DNA from: a virus
Virus record (IMG/VR): IMGVR_UViG_3300008113_000059
Span: 1 to 64,000 of that record
Reading direction: 5' to 3' (one strand)
Length of the DNA: 64,000 nt
In this document: positions 30,074 to 39,838 of the stretch, piece by piece
Position numbering within the stretch: the first letter of the stretch is position 1
How the letters are laid out: each line of letters begins with the position of its first letter
Translations under genes and position numbers: made by a program
Notes under the pieces: generated by a model
The model's database searches: none
Told to the model about the DNA's origin: nothing
The model's input: the letters and a program-made list of their open reading frames with translations, nothing else

Positions 30074-30245
30074 GATTAAATTTAGACTTTGGAAAGAGCA
30101 TGGATTAGATCCTGTTTGGGTAGAATCCATACCGTTTTACGAATATCAGATATGGCTAGACATGTTGAATGATGCTATAGATAAGGAGAATACGGAAAGA
30201 CAGACAGAGGATGGTGTTAAACAACTATTTAATCTGACTAAATAA
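30057..30245 (+). CDS. Small hub assembly catalyst / chaperone extension (gp51-like); start uncertain
   Basis: LENFFEIKFRLWKEHG...VESIPFYEYQIWLDMLND resembles the small gp51-like ORFs of T4-like phages; no ATG start, and it overlaps the end of the upstream gene in the +1 frame. Confidence 0.6.
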   Translation: MENFFEIKFRLWKEHGLDPVWVESIPFYEYQIWLDMLNDAIDKENTERQTEDGVKQLFNLTK

Positions 30246-30252
30246 AAAATGG

Positions 30253-30260
30253 AATATATA
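30253..30260 (+). promoter_or_regulatory. Putative late promoter variant AATATATA
   Basis: One mismatch to the consensus, just upstream of ATG 30270. Confidence 0.45.
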
Positions 30261-30269
30261 CATTAGTAT

Positions 30270-31832
30270 ATGGCAACGGATCAGAAACTTATATCATCCC
30301 TATTAGATCTCAGCAGAAATGTTGATAAGCTTTCTGGCGACATTAAAAAGAATACTTCAACGACCGCAGAGCTTGCCGAAACACAAACTAAAGCAGCCGA
30401 TAATACCAAGGATCTTGGTAAAATAGCTGAGGGAATAAAGGGACTTGATCTTGGAAGTTTAAAGGGTGAATTCTCACAATTAACAAAGGGAATAAGTGGA
30501 TTAGATTTTCAGGGTTTATCAAAGGATTTAAAATCTCTTGATTTTAAAGGATTAACTCAAGGTATAAAGGGACTAGATTTTAAAGAGCTAACTCAAGGTA
30601 TAAAAGGTCTAGATTTCAAATCCCTTGGTCAGGATCTTAAAAAACTTGACTTTAAGGATCTTGCTGGAAGTATAAAAGGTTTGGATCTGAAGGGAATATC
30701 CGGTGCAGCGAAGGGACTTGATATCGGCGGAATTGCTAATGCGGTAAAAGGTGGAGGAATAAAGAACGTAGTTTCAGGATCTCTTGGAGGACTGGCAAAA
30801 GGATTTGGTAAAAATATACTTGGAGGATTTGCAGAGGGTGGAAAGGTTGAAAAGACGGGAAACTATATTGTTGGAGAGAAAGGTCCGGAAATCGTTAATC
30901 TTACTAAAGGTGCCAATGTTATACCCAATGATATACTAAAAGCAAGACAGGATATACTAAAAAGACTAGGTCCCAATGCTCCAAGCGAAAAGGAAATAGC
31001 CGATAAAAGAAGGGAACTACTCGAAACTGATCCTACGATGTATGATCAGGATAACAATCCGCAGTGGCTCGAGGAGGATATTAATTCATATTTAGAGGGT
31101 TTAGATAAAAGTGCACTCTTCACGCAAGATAGTTTAAAGAGTTTAGTTGGTGCTCCGCCCAAGAAGGAAGAACCCGCGGTTGCTCCTATGAATAAAGCCC
31201 AAGATGTCAAGGCCGAAGCTAAAGTTAAGGAAAAAAGGGATGGCTTATTTTCTAAAGTATTTGGCAAGAAGAAGGATGAGACTGCTTCCAAGGAGGAAGA
31301 AAAACCTAAAGGGCCTTCGCTATTGGATAGAGGTAAGGATTTGCTTAAAAATGTTGATAAGTCAGCATTAATTAAGGGTGGACAGGATCTTCTGAAGAAT
31401 CCAACGGATCTTCTAAACAATCCCGCTGATCTTCTGAAAAGCGCTGGTGGGATTGGAATGCAAGCAATGCTTAAAAAGAAGGAAGAGGCTAAACCTGGTG
31501 AAATAAAAAATACTGTTAATAAATTATCTAAGCTTCCTGTACCAAAACAGCCCGCTAAGAATACACCAGATCCAACACCAACTGCAGAACCAGCTAATAA
31601 ACCATCCACTGTTACTAGCCAAACCGAGACTAATAAAGGTGAAGCTAAGACTTCATCCGCATCAGCAGCATCTACTTCTACTGCTGCTGCTTCCAGTGGA
31701 TCTGGAGGCATGAGTAAAGATGATGCTACCGAGATGAAATCTATACTTATGAGGATAGCATCACTATTGGAAGGTCCATTGAGTGTATCATCCATCGATG
31801 CACCATATAGACCTGATTCCAGAAGAGTGTAA
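30270..31832 (+). CDS. Tape-measure/baseplate-hub-like protein with 11-aa repeats
   Basis: KGLDFKxLxQxI-type 11-mer repeats (about 30430-30740) and a GFAEGG...YIVGEKGPE motif common in tape measure proteins. Confidence 0.6.
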   Translation: MATDQKLISSLLDLSRNVDKLSGDIKKNTSTTAELAETQTKAADNTKDLGKIAEGIKGLDLGSLKGEFSQLTKGISGLDFQGLSKDLKSLDFKGLTQGIKGLDFKELTQGIKGLDFKSLGQDLKKLDFKDLAGSIKGLDLKGISGAAKGLDIGGIANAVKGGGIKNVVSGSLGGLAKGFGKNILGGFAEGGKVEKTGNYIVGEKGPEIVNLTKGANVIPNDILKARQDILKRLGPNAPSEKEIADKRRELLETDPTMYDQDNNPQWLEEDINSYLEGLDKSALFTQDSLKSLVGAPPKKEEPAVAPMNKAQDVKAEAKVKEKRDGLFSKVFGKKKDETASKEEEKPKGPSLLDRGKDLLKNVDKSALIKGGQDLLKNPTDLLNNPADLLKSAGGIGMQAMLKKKEEAKPGEIKNTVNKLSKLPVPKQPAKNTPDPTPTAEPANKPSTVTSQTETNKGEAKTSSASAASTSTAAASSGSGGMSKDDATEMKSILMRIASLLEGPLSVSSIDAPYRPDSRRV

Positions 31833-31843
31833 AAAATATCGTT

Positions 31844-31880
31844 AATTATTTTTTTATCTCGAGATATTTGATTACTTTTG
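31844..31880 (+). promoter_or_regulatory. Putative early promoter, Bacteroidota type (-7 TACTTTTG with upstream T-tract)
   Basis: AATTATTTTTTTA-N16-TACTTTTG; same architecture at 45814 and 52293. Confidence 0.75.
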
Positions 31881-31901
31881 TAGGAATCAAAGTAGATAGA
31901 G

Positions 31902-32486
31902 ATGATCGGTCCAGGAAAGTACACAGAAGCAATTAATACGAAGCATTACGAAAACACAGAATTTCTGGATGAGAATTTTTTAAATCTCGATATTTGGAGG
32001 ATAACAAAAATCCCATATCATAATGATAACGGGTTTGTATATCAAGTATCTTCCCCAGCCGATAATTCGAATATAGCAGTGGATCAGAGAGACAGAATCT
32101 ATCTGGAGATGTCTAAAGTATGGGCCAAAAACTCATACTGCAAAAGAATGCAGGTCGGATGTTTAATAGTAAAAAATAAATCAATCATATCAGACGGATA
32201 TAATGGATCGCCCACCGGATTTCCCAATATTTGTGAAAGCGATGATAATGTAACTTTACCTTATATCCTACATGCTGAAGCTAATGCAATAACAAAATTA
32301 GCAAAGGGTACACAGGGATCAGAGGGATCAACACTATATGTTACTCTCTCACCATGCTTTGAATGCTCAAAGCTTATAATACAGTCGGGAATAAAAAGAG
32401 TTGTATTTACCGAGGTTTATAGAAAACCTGAATCAATATCTTTTTTAGCTGAGGCCGGAATAGAAATTTTAAAAATAAGTAAATAA
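31902..32486 (+). CDS. cd: dCMP deaminase
   Basis: SYCKRMQVGC, DGYNG, HAEANA and LSPCFEC zinc motifs. Confidence 0.95.
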   Translation: MIGPGKYTEAINTKHYENTEFLDENFLNLDIWRITKIPYHNDNGFVYQVSSPADNSNIAVDQRDRIYLEMSKVWAKNSYCKRMQVGCLIVKNKSIISDGYNGSPTGFPNICESDDNVTLPYILHAEANAITKLAKGTQGSEGSTLYVTLSPCFECSKLIIQSGIKRVVFTEVYRKPESISFLAEAGIEILKISK

Positions 32487-32508
32487 TCCCTTAAACCCTT
32501 AATTAAAA

Positions 32509-33141
32509 ATGCAACAAAAAGAAAAAAACATCCAAAGATTAGCAGAGGATTTTATACTAGGCAGAGACGATAAAAGCTTCAAGTTTTTATTCGAAAGACT
32601 CAGACCAGGGGTACTTAATCATTGTTTTCTTATCTTGAAGGATCAGGATCTTGCAGAAGATTCATTCCTTAACACTATGGCCAAAATATGGCTAAAGATA
32701 GATCAATATAACGGGGAGAGAGGAAATTTCTCCACTTGGTGTTATAATATAGCTAGAAATGAATCCCTTCTGCTTATGAAATCAAGAAAGAGATATTATA
32801 GCCACAGCGATACTGAGCTTGAATATTTCTCATCCAAGAATACAATAGGAGATATCGGTGGTGAATATTTAATGGAGGACGATCCTTCATATGCATTTTT
32901 TAACGAGGGATCAAATCTTGATGATGTCTACGAATCTGTCCTTGATGAAATTAGGGATTTGCCTGAGTTATATCGAGACATCATGATAGACAGGGAGATT
33001 AATAACATGAAATATAAGGACATTGCTGAAAAATATGGTATCAAAAAGAGATCCATCGCAACAAGAATAAGAAGAGCCAGAGGTAAGATAAGAAAAAAGA
33101 TAGATGGAAACATTACAATAAATCTTGGGTATAAAAAATAA
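32509..33141 (+). CDS. ECF-type RNA polymerase sigma factor (candidate middle sigma)
   Basis: Region 2 DLAEDSFLNTMAKIWLKIDQY...FSTWCYNIARN; region 4 LPELYR...MKYKDIAE...IATRIRRAR. Confidence 0.92.
   Translation: MQQKEKNIQRLAEDFILGRDDKSFKFLFERLRPGVLNHCFLILKDQDLAEDSFLNTMAKIWLKIDQYNGERGNFSTWCYNIARNESLLLMKSRKRYYSHSDTELEYFSSKNTIGDIGGEYLMEDDPSYAFFNEGSNLDDVYESVLDEIRDLPELYRDIMIDREINNMKYKDIAEKYGIKKRSIATRIRRARGKIRKKIDGNITINLGYKK
33107..33133 (+). promoter_or_regulatory. Putative middle promoter GAAAC-N17-GTATA
   Basis: Recurrent motif; upstream of ATG 33148. Confidence 0.5.
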
Positions 33142-33147
33142 AATTCT

Positions 33148-33588
33148 ATGTTTAGATTATTTAAAGTAATAAAAGAGATATCTCTTTATAGAGAATATGT
33201 TAAGATCATTAAGTCTGAAGAAATGAACTCTCCCATATGGGCAAGAAGAAATTTGAGACGCGATTATCTAAATAGGGTTTATACCGTTATTAATCTTCCG
33301 CCACAAATTCTTCTATCAACGGATCTTCCTAAGGAATCAAGACCCTCTTTTGTTATTAACGAGCTTAAGCCAACCAACGAATATTTTAAGACATTAAATC
33401 TGGAGGAACTACTAACCATGTGGATAGAGCCTGTTTCGGGGACTAACGACGAATCATATTTGGCAGTATACCAATTTCTTTTCAGACACATAACATGGTT
33501 ATGGATACTTAGATTTTTGGCAGAGATCAGCATTATAATTACTATTATTGCTAAGTTTGATTGGATAATAAGTCTTTTTTCTAAATAA
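33148..33588 (+). CDS. Hypothetical protein with C-terminal transmembrane segment
   Basis: 146 aa with a hydrophobic C-terminus. Confidence 0.7.
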   Translation: MFRLFKVIKEISLYREYVKIIKSEEMNSPIWARRNLRRDYLNRVYTVINLPPQILLSTDLPKESRPSFVINELKPTNEYFKTLNLEELLTMWIEPVSGTNDESYLAVYQFLFRHITWLWILRFLAEISIIITIIAKFDWIISLFSK

Positions 33589-34406
33589 TGGTCGAAGAGG
33601 TAGCTAAGGTAAAAAAGGACATCGAGTTAAAACTTGAGTTCTTTACCAATGACAATAAATTTAATTTTCATGAGGAATCCCACGTATACAGATACGATGG
33701 TATTAAATATGATTCGGTAACAACTTTTCTTAAAACTTTTAAAACCCCGTTCGATAGGGAATACTGGTCGAAAAGGAAAGCTCAGGAAAGGGGAGTTGAT
33801 GTATCAGTGGTTCTTAATGAGTGGCAGGGTAAAGCCGATGTTGCAAACAACCTTGGGACGAGAGTCCATAAATTTATAGAGGATTTCTGGAGCGGATTGG
33901 ATCCAGAGATTCCTGAGTATAATCCGGAGGATGAATACTCGAAGAGAGTCAATAAATTCATGGATCTTTATAATAGAAAGCTTAAGGTATTTGTCCCACT
34001 TAAATCTGAGTTACGTATTTTTTCCAGAAAATGGAGACTCGCGGGAACGATAGATCAACCATTTCTTTTTTGGGATGAAAAGAGACAGAAGGTATTTCTT
34101 ATAATAGGGGACTGGAAAACGAATGGTGACTTTAAACATGACGATCATCCTAAAGGAAGGTACAAGAAATTACTTAGACCTTTTGGTCATCTGTATGAGA
34201 ACCAGCATAATGAGTACTCGATACAAATAAGCTTGTATAGGCTTATTTTGGAGGAGGAGCTTGGTATAGATACGGAAAGTGGATTTCTTTGTCATATAGG
34301 ACCTGATAGCGACCCCAAAATATACCCAGCTAAGGATCTCAGAGAGCCTCTCAGAGCATACCTCGACCAAAATAGAAATAGTTTGGATATTTTTGATCTC
34401 GCATAG
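33588..34406 (+). CDS. PD-(D/E)XK family exonuclease
   Basis: FHEESHVY, SVTT, GTRVH, SELRI, LAGTID, IGDWKTN and YSIQISLY. Confidence 0.88.
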   Translation: MVEEVAKVKKDIELKLEFFTNDNKFNFHEESHVYRYDGIKYDSVTTFLKTFKTPFDREYWSKRKAQERGVDVSVVLNEWQGKADVANNLGTRVHKFIEDFWSGLDPEIPEYNPEDEYSKRVNKFMDLYNRKLKVFVPLKSELRIFSRKWRLAGTIDQPFLFWDEKRQKVFLIIGDWKTNGDFKHDDHPKGRYKKLLRPFGHLYENQHNEYSIQISLYRLILEEELGIDTESGFLCHIGPDSDPKIYPAKDLREPLRAYLDQNRNSLDIFDLA

Positions 34407-34432
34407 AAACAATTATTGATTTAAACAATAGA
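34406..34432 (+). promoter_or_regulatory. Putative middle promoter GAAAC-N17-ATAGA
   Basis: Recurrent motif; upstream of ATG 34454. Confidence 0.6.
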
Positions 34433-34453
34433 AATATAAAATAAAATAAAAAT

Positions 34454-34993
34454 ATGTCAACAAGTAAAAAGAAAGCGGAACCTATGGTATATGATTTACC
34501 GGGAGGATCAAACGAAGTGGATTTTGGTACATCTCCTATGGGAGAGATGATTGATCCAATTTTCTCATATGATGAGGTGTTGGTTAATCAGATCCAAGAT
34601 CAGATCGCAGCAAAGAAGGAAGAAATTAGAACTAAGGTTTATGCAGTTTCTTGCTCAGACGAGTTATTTGCTAAATATGAAAAATTCATGAGCGAGGATG
34701 CTGAATGGAATTCCACTGAAGCTTTGGGTATAGTCGAGGTAAACAAGCACTTACAGAAAATTAAAAAAGAGGGAATAAAGGATGGTGTTATCTATCTTGG
34801 AGCTTTACCTTTGGAAGCAAGCCATTATTTTTTAAGCAAATCTAAGGGTTCTGGACTTAAAAGCGCTGAGGATTTTTTAAGATTATTCAAGGCTTTTGAT
34901 CAGGCACTATCAGATGCTAAGACTGATGTTACTGAACTAAAGGATCTTGAAAAGAATCTAGCTGCTGCAATGCAGGGGGTTTCTCTTGGATAA
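34454..34993 (+). CDS. Hypothetical protein
   Basis: 179-aa ORF between a promoter motif and a terminator. Confidence 0.75.
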   Translation: MSTSKKKAEPMVYDLPGGSNEVDFGTSPMGEMIDPIFSYDEVLVNQIQDQIAAKKEEIRTKVYAVSCSDELFAKYEKFMSEDAEWNSTEALGIVEVNKHLQKIKKEGIKDGVIYLGALPLEASHYFLSKSKGSGLKSAEDFLRLFKAFDQALSDAKTDVTELKDLEKNLAAAMQGVSLG

Positions 34994-35010
34994 TTCCAAT
35001 AAAATTAGTA

Positions 35011-35043
35011 AAAAAGCTAGCCTAATATGCTAGCTTTTTTTTT
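35011..35043 (+). terminator. Rho-independent terminator
   Basis: AAAAAGCTAGC-CTAATAT-GCTAGCTTTTTTTTT. Confidence 0.88.
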
Positions 35044-35060
35044 GTCTGTAATTTTTTATG

Positions 35061-35068
35061 GATATATA
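35061..35068 (+). promoter_or_regulatory. Putative late promoter GATATATA
   Basis: Between a terminator and ATG 35090. Confidence 0.75.
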
Positions 35069-35089
35069 AAAAACAAAAAAAATTTTATT

Positions 35090-35389
35090 ATGAAAACAAT
35101 CGAAAAAATCAAAGCTAATTCTTGGGCTATCACACTTTTCCTTTTAATTATTTTATTTCTAAGACAGTGCGGAGTAAACAACAGTATTTCAAAAATAGAG
35201 AAGCAATCTAAAATTCAAAGTCTTCACATGGATTCAATTTGCACAAAAGCAGAGCTTAAAAGAGCAATAGAAATAGAGGGTCTAAAAGCAGAAAAAAGAA
35301 TGATTCAATCTACAGATAGAAGAATCATGGATGTTAATCGTCAATCTGAGATTGATGTCGAGATTAAAAAATTAGAAATATCTAAATAA
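35090..35389 (+). CDS. Small membrane-anchored coiled-coil protein
   Basis: Start moved to ATG 35090 because ATG 35027 lies inside the terminator; N-terminal hydrophobic helix ending LRQC, then coiled coil. Confidence 0.7.
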   Translation: MKTIEKIKANSWAITLFLLIILFLRQCGVNNSISKIEKQSKIQSLHMDSICTKAELKRAIEIEGLKAEKRMIQSTDRRIMDVNRQSEIDVEIKKLEISK

Positions 35390-36198
35390 TGAAAAAGAAA
35401 ACGACAAGCTATTTTATAATAGGGACTTTTGTCACCCTATATCTTCTCGTTTCTGTCATATCGACTATCCACGTTATAGATTTCTTTAAGTTATCTAACC
35501 CTACATGGTTAGCTATAAGCTTAGCAATTGCATTTGAAGTAGGTGCAGCTGCTTCTTTAGCATCTATAATAACTCTGGATAAAATGAACAAGGGTATAGT
35601 TTGGAGTCTTTTTATTATATTGACTTTTATGCAAGCAATGGGTAATACCTATTATGCATATACGAACTTAGCAAACTTCCAGGGATGGATAGAGCTATTT
35701 GGATTGGCAGAAGAGGAACTGATATATCAGAAGAGAGTATTATCAGTAGTTAGTGGCGCTGTGCTTCCCATAATTGCTCTTGGATTTATTAAATCTTTAG
35801 TCGATTATATAAAACCTTCCGACGAGATTGTCAACGTTGATGTCACTGAAACACCGGTCGTAGAGGTTACCGAGGATATTACTGAGGAGATCGTTGAGGA
35901 TGATGATTATTTTGATGGCCTGTATAACATAGGGACATCGATTGCTGATATAAATCAGGTGACATCCAATGATGATTCGATTAAGATTAATAACGTTAAG
36001 TCAACAATACCTCTTGAAACTAGGAAATCCCATGTTAATCGGGAAGAAATAGAAGGTTATATAGACGGAACACAAACAATAGATGCGGGAAAATCAGATA
36101 TTCGTTTCGATGAAGAAACTGAAGCCGATACAATACCGATGGGAGAGGTATTAAAAAGCAGAAGTGATACTGCTTATCAAGACCCTACTAAATTATAA
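35389..36198 (+). CDS. Multi-pass membrane protein with acidic C-terminal tail
   Basis: About four hydrophobic helices in the first 140 aa. Confidence 0.75.
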   Translation: MKKKTTSYFIIGTFVTLYLLVSVISTIHVIDFFKLSNPTWLAISLAIAFEVGAAASLASIITLDKMNKGIVWSLFIILTFMQAMGNTYYAYTNLANFQGWIELFGLAEEELIYQKRVLSVVSGAVLPIIALGFIKSLVDYIKPSDEIVNVDVTETPVVEVTEDITEEIVEDDDYFDGLYNIGTSIADINQVTSNDDSIKINNVKSTIPLETRKSHVNREEIEGYIDGTQTIDAGKSDIRFDEETEADTIPMGEVLKSRSDTAYQDPTKL

Positions 36199-36213
36199 AA
36201 TAACCAATAAGAG

Positions 36214-36888
36214 GTGGCTGATAACAACATAGACATTAATGATTTTGACGGGGGTAGCTCGAATACAGGTAATGATACATTTTTTGTAGGCGGAAGTGCA
36301 GGATTTGCATTAGACCCTTTAGCTGGTTCGACTGGTGGATTTAATACTGAATATATTAATATTGCACAGCAGGTTGACGATCTAGCTAGGATAGAGGCTA
36401 CTTTTAAGAGATTTAATGATCCCACGGAATTAAGATTCATAAAGGAATCTTTCGATGTCGTAAAACAGGATAAAACACTTGATATACTGAATGTTGTTGA
36501 TTTCTTTCACCCACTGCAGAGCTTTTCCGATTATCAGAAACAAACTATGGTAATAGCACCAAGAGCATCAGCTAACCTTGATCCTTCATCGTTCGTAAAC
36601 ACAAATGGCGAGGTATCTATGATTATAGCTAGAGCATATTATCTCCCTGAAACCCCAGATGAAAGCAAAATACTATTTTGGGATTATAAAGGGACGGAAA
36701 GAAACATTATGGGTGAGCTTATGATTTTAACTGGAGCTATCAAGGAGGGTTACAATTGGAGAGGATGGGACGTGGATCCGTTTAGCACTTATGGTCACAC
36801 AGGAAATGCCAATAGCGCATTGGGTGGATTTATTTTTACTAATCCCACCGATTACAATGTAAAATTAACAGTAATAACAGCAAACTAA
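36214..36888 (+). CDS. Hypothetical late protein (paralogue A)
   Basis: Shares MGELMxLTG...GW...GGxxFxNP...VKL with the next ORF. Confidence 0.75.
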   Translation: MADNNIDINDFDGGSSNTGNDTFFVGGSAGFALDPLAGSTGGFNTEYINIAQQVDDLARIEATFKRFNDPTELRFIKESFDVVKQDKTLDILNVVDFFHPLQSFSDYQKQTMVIAPRASANLDPSSFVNTNGEVSMIIARAYYLPETPDESKILFWDYKGTERNIMGELMILTGAIKEGYNWRGWDVDPFSTYGHTGNANSALGGFIFTNPTDYNVKLTVITAN

Positions 36889-36889
36889 T

Positions 36890-37375
36890 ATGGCAACTCA
36901 ACCTATAAAATGTCCCTATGATTTACTGGAAGGATTCAGATTTTACAGAGGAAACCTTGTACTAGATAATGGTATGACAAATAATCCACAAGATTATCTG
37001 CTGATGAAGGATATCAAGATGAATATCGATAACTTTTCAAGAAGCAGAATAAGTCTAAAACCAGGAGCTTGTTTTCTTTTAAGCCAAACAGATATAGGGA
37101 ACAATCAGGGATATGTCTCTTTCATAGCTGTTAAAGCTGTATATCCTGATCTGACAGTAGAATCAAAAAAGTATATAAATTGGACATATCTTAATAATAC
37201 TAATTATATGGGCGAACTTATGGTTCTTACCGGACCAATGTTATCCTCAGTAAGCTCTACTCCTGAAGGCTGGAACTTATCCAAACCTAATGTTGTTTTT
37301 AATGACGGCGGAATGGTTTTTTGTAATCCTAGTGCTGATTTTACTGTCAAATTAGAAATATTGGTGTGCAAATAA
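36890..37375 (+). CDS. Hypothetical late protein (paralogue B)
   Basis: Paralogue of 36214..36888. Confidence 0.75.
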   Translation: MATQPIKCPYDLLEGFRFYRGNLVLDNGMTNNPQDYLLMKDIKMNIDNFSRSRISLKPGACFLLSQTDIGNNQGYVSFIAVKAVYPDLTVESKKYINWTYLNNTNYMGELMVLTGPMLSSVSSTPEGWNLSKPNVVFNDGGMVFCNPSADFTVKLEILVCK

Positions 37376-37426
37376 TAAAATGTCCACCCAAATAAATATA
37401 TAGTAAAAGTTTCCTTCCCTTGGTTG

Positions 37427-37434
37427 GATATATA
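37427..37434 (+). promoter_or_regulatory. Putative late promoter GATATATA
   Basis: 22 nt before ATG 37457. Confidence 0.75.
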
Positions 37435-37456
37435 ATCAGTAAAAAAAAAGTAAACC

Positions 37457-39838
37457 ATGGACTTTATAAACCAAGTTAAAAAATTAAAAGAGCTAACAAA
37501 ATCAGCTGAGGTTAGATCCTTATGTGAGAGCTTCCTTAACGGTGGATCCGTTTCTAAGGATGAATTAGTAGCTTCTATCAATGAACATAACATTACCGAT
37601 ATGCAAGAAAATACACCAGTGATTAGTAGTCATGTGGATGCTATAAGAAAGGAAGAAAGCGAGATTTCAAAAAAATCTGCAGCTTCACTTATGGAATCAT
37701 GGGGCGGATTAGGAGGTAGAAATTCTTCTAATTCTGGATCATACACAGGAAAGAATGAAGATAAGAATGCTGAAAATGCTTCATCATTATTTGAAAGTAT
37801 TTCTAAATTGGATTCGAATGATGCTGTAACTAAATCTTTTGTTGAATCTCAGGGAGTTAAGAATCTTGGGATAATGGAGGCTATAAATAAGATCAAAGGA
37901 TCATCAATTTATACTTATCCTAAAGCTAAAATAGTTTGCGAGCAGTATCAGAATCTTTTAACCAATAGAGGCTTATCTGAATTTGCAGTTATCCATAACT
38001 TTATTGCAGAACTAGAATCTTTTAGCTGGGATACCTCAGTATTACCTATCGCGGAAGAACTTAAATCGAAAGCTGCAAAATACACTAGAGAAATTGAGAT
38101 TGCTAACGTTTTAGAAGCAATAAAAAATAGCGGTAGCTCATCATTCTATTCTGAATTATCAGAAACATTAAATACTTGGTTGGTATCTGAAAATAAATCG
38201 AATGGTCTTTTGGTTAAGAGTATATCTAAATGGAATTTTAATCCGGTTGTAAGAAACCTTGTTAATTTCTTAAATGTTAACGAGAGTAAAGATACTAGAA
38301 AATTAGAGATCCCAGTAAATGCTCAAGGAGAATCAAGTGTATCTAAAGTATATTCACCTGTATTATTCGAAAGTGGTAAAACATTCTTTTATCTTGGCGG
38401 TGTAATATTTGAAGCAACTGATAATGAATTAAGAAAATTAAGTGATAAAGAAGCTAACAGTCTTTCTCCTGATTATCTAAGATTAATAGAAACATCTAGA
38501 AAACAACATGTATCGGTAAACGAGAATGGTATCTCTATCAAGTTTGGTAAGAAGACGGTTAAATTGGTTGAGGAGAACGAGGAGATTTCGGTTTACTTAG
38601 GTAAGGATAAACTTAAATTTGGAAATACCGGTAATCTAGCTAAGATCTTAGGTCTTGAATCTAGCTCTTATTTTGGAGTTAATGAAAGTGAAGTAGTTGT
38701 TGACACAATGACACTTTATGCTAATTATTCAAATATAGTTGAATTGGATTTTGCTAAAGGTATCAATTCTAATATCTATGAAGGTGTAGGTGTTAATATT
38801 TTTAAATGGAACAATCAAATATACGTTCAGAAGATTAATGAGGGTATGAGAGAGAATTCTCTTTATAAAGTTAACGGAACTCAGGCAGTTACTATGGTTA
38901 AATCTTATCTTAGATACGACATTTCTGAGGGATTAACAGAATTCTTAGAAGGTGACCAGAGAATAAAATCTGTTATGATTAATGACAGAAATAAAGTTTT
39001 AGAAAACATATCTAAAATAGAAGGAGAACTTAATAAAATTAACGGATTAATCGAATCAAATTCTCTTTATAAAGGATCTGAACAAATAGTAACAGCTAAA
39101 GCTATGCTAGAAAAAGAACTTATGGTTCTTAGAGAGAAATGGAATCAAATAAATTCTGAATTAACAAATATCGAATATACCATAAATACTGCTGAAGAAC
39201 TTAATGTATTCGAGGATGAAAGATTCAATATTGGTGATTATATCAAAGTTAAAGAATCTGGTGAAACTGGAAAAATTATATCTGTTGATGGATCATCTGG
39301 AAGATATACTATTCTTCTTGATAACGGAAAAACATCTGATTTTTTAGTTAATGATATAACTGATTTGGAGGAGGCTTTAAGTCAGGCAGCAGAAAAAAAT
39401 GCTGACTCTGAGAAGGAATCTGAAGAAGGTGAAGAAGTTAAGGAGTCTAACAACCTAAACAAATCTGAATTAAGCATTGAGGAGCAAAAAAAGTTACTTC
39501 AGGATTTTGCTGATGGACACTCATTCTCTAAAGCACCAAGAGGAGAGGGAGATAAAGATATAGCAATGGAGCTTGATTCTCTTCACGGATACAATATCAG
39601 TATGAATGAGGGTAAAGAAAAAGCTAAGGGTGATTTGGCTAAAGCACCAGGTGATAATAAAAAGGAGAAAGCTAAAGTTGAAGGTGAAGACCTTTTAGAT
39701 GATAACGCACCAGATACTAAAGATAAAACTGATTTCGAAGGCGAAGACGCAGCTGGTAAGAACGATGAGATTGGATACAATCTAAGAGAATCTGAGGATG
39801 ATTCTTTAACGGAAGCTGACGACGTAAAAAAAAACTAA
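37457..39838 (+). CDS. Large putative prohead/core protein with KOW/SH3-like motif and acidic tail; possible -1 frameshift extension to 39999
   Basis: Many (L/I/V/M)xE-S/G sites (LCES, LMES, LFES, VNES, LRES); FNIGDYIKVKESGETGKIISVD motif; ends at A9-C-TAA. Confidence 0.75.
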   Translation: MDFINQVKKLKELTKSAEVRSLCESFLNGGSVSKDELVASINEHNITDMQENTPVISSHVDAIRKEESEISKKSAASLMESWGGLGGRNSSNSGSYTGKNEDKNAENASSLFESISKLDSNDAVTKSFVESQGVKNLGIMEAINKIKGSSIYTYPKAKIVCEQYQNLLTNRGLSEFAVIHNFIAELESFSWDTSVLPIAEELKSKAAKYTREIEIANVLEAIKNSGSSSFYSELSETLNTWLVSENKSNGLLVKSISKWNFNPVVRNLVNFLNVNESKDTRKLEIPVNAQGESSVSKVYSPVLFESGKTFFYLGGVIFEATDNELRKLSDKEANSLSPDYLRLIETSRKQHVSVNENGISIKFGKKTVKLVEENEEISVYLGKDKLKFGNTGNLAKILGLESSSYFGVNESEVVVDTMTLYANYSNIVELDFAKGINSNIYEGVGVNIFKWNNQIYVQKINEGMRENSLYKVNGTQAVTMVKSYLRYDISEGLTEFLEGDQRIKSVMINDRNKVLENISKIEGELNKINGLIESNSLYKGSEQIVTAKAMLEKELMVLREKWNQINSELTNIEYTINTAEELNVFEDERFNIGDYIKVKESGETGKIISVDGSSGRYTILLDNGKTSDFLVNDITDLEEALSQAAEKNADSEKESEEGEEVKESNNLNKSELSIEEQKKLLQDFADGHSFSKAPRGEGDKDIAMELDSLHGYNISMNEGKEKAKGDLAKAPGDNKKEKAKVEGEDLLDDNAPDTKDKTDFEGEDAAGKNDEIGYNLRESEDDSLTEADDVKKN

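Noticed and set aside
31046-31924. Long minus-strand ORFs (292 aa here; also 54584..55216, 42911..43321 and others)
   Set aside because: They are antisense to well-supported genes, have low-complexity mirror composition, and lack promoter motifs.
33588-34406. Nuclease as Cas4
   Set aside because: It lacks the four-Cys Fe-S motif; it is a generic PD-(D/E)XK phage exonuclease.
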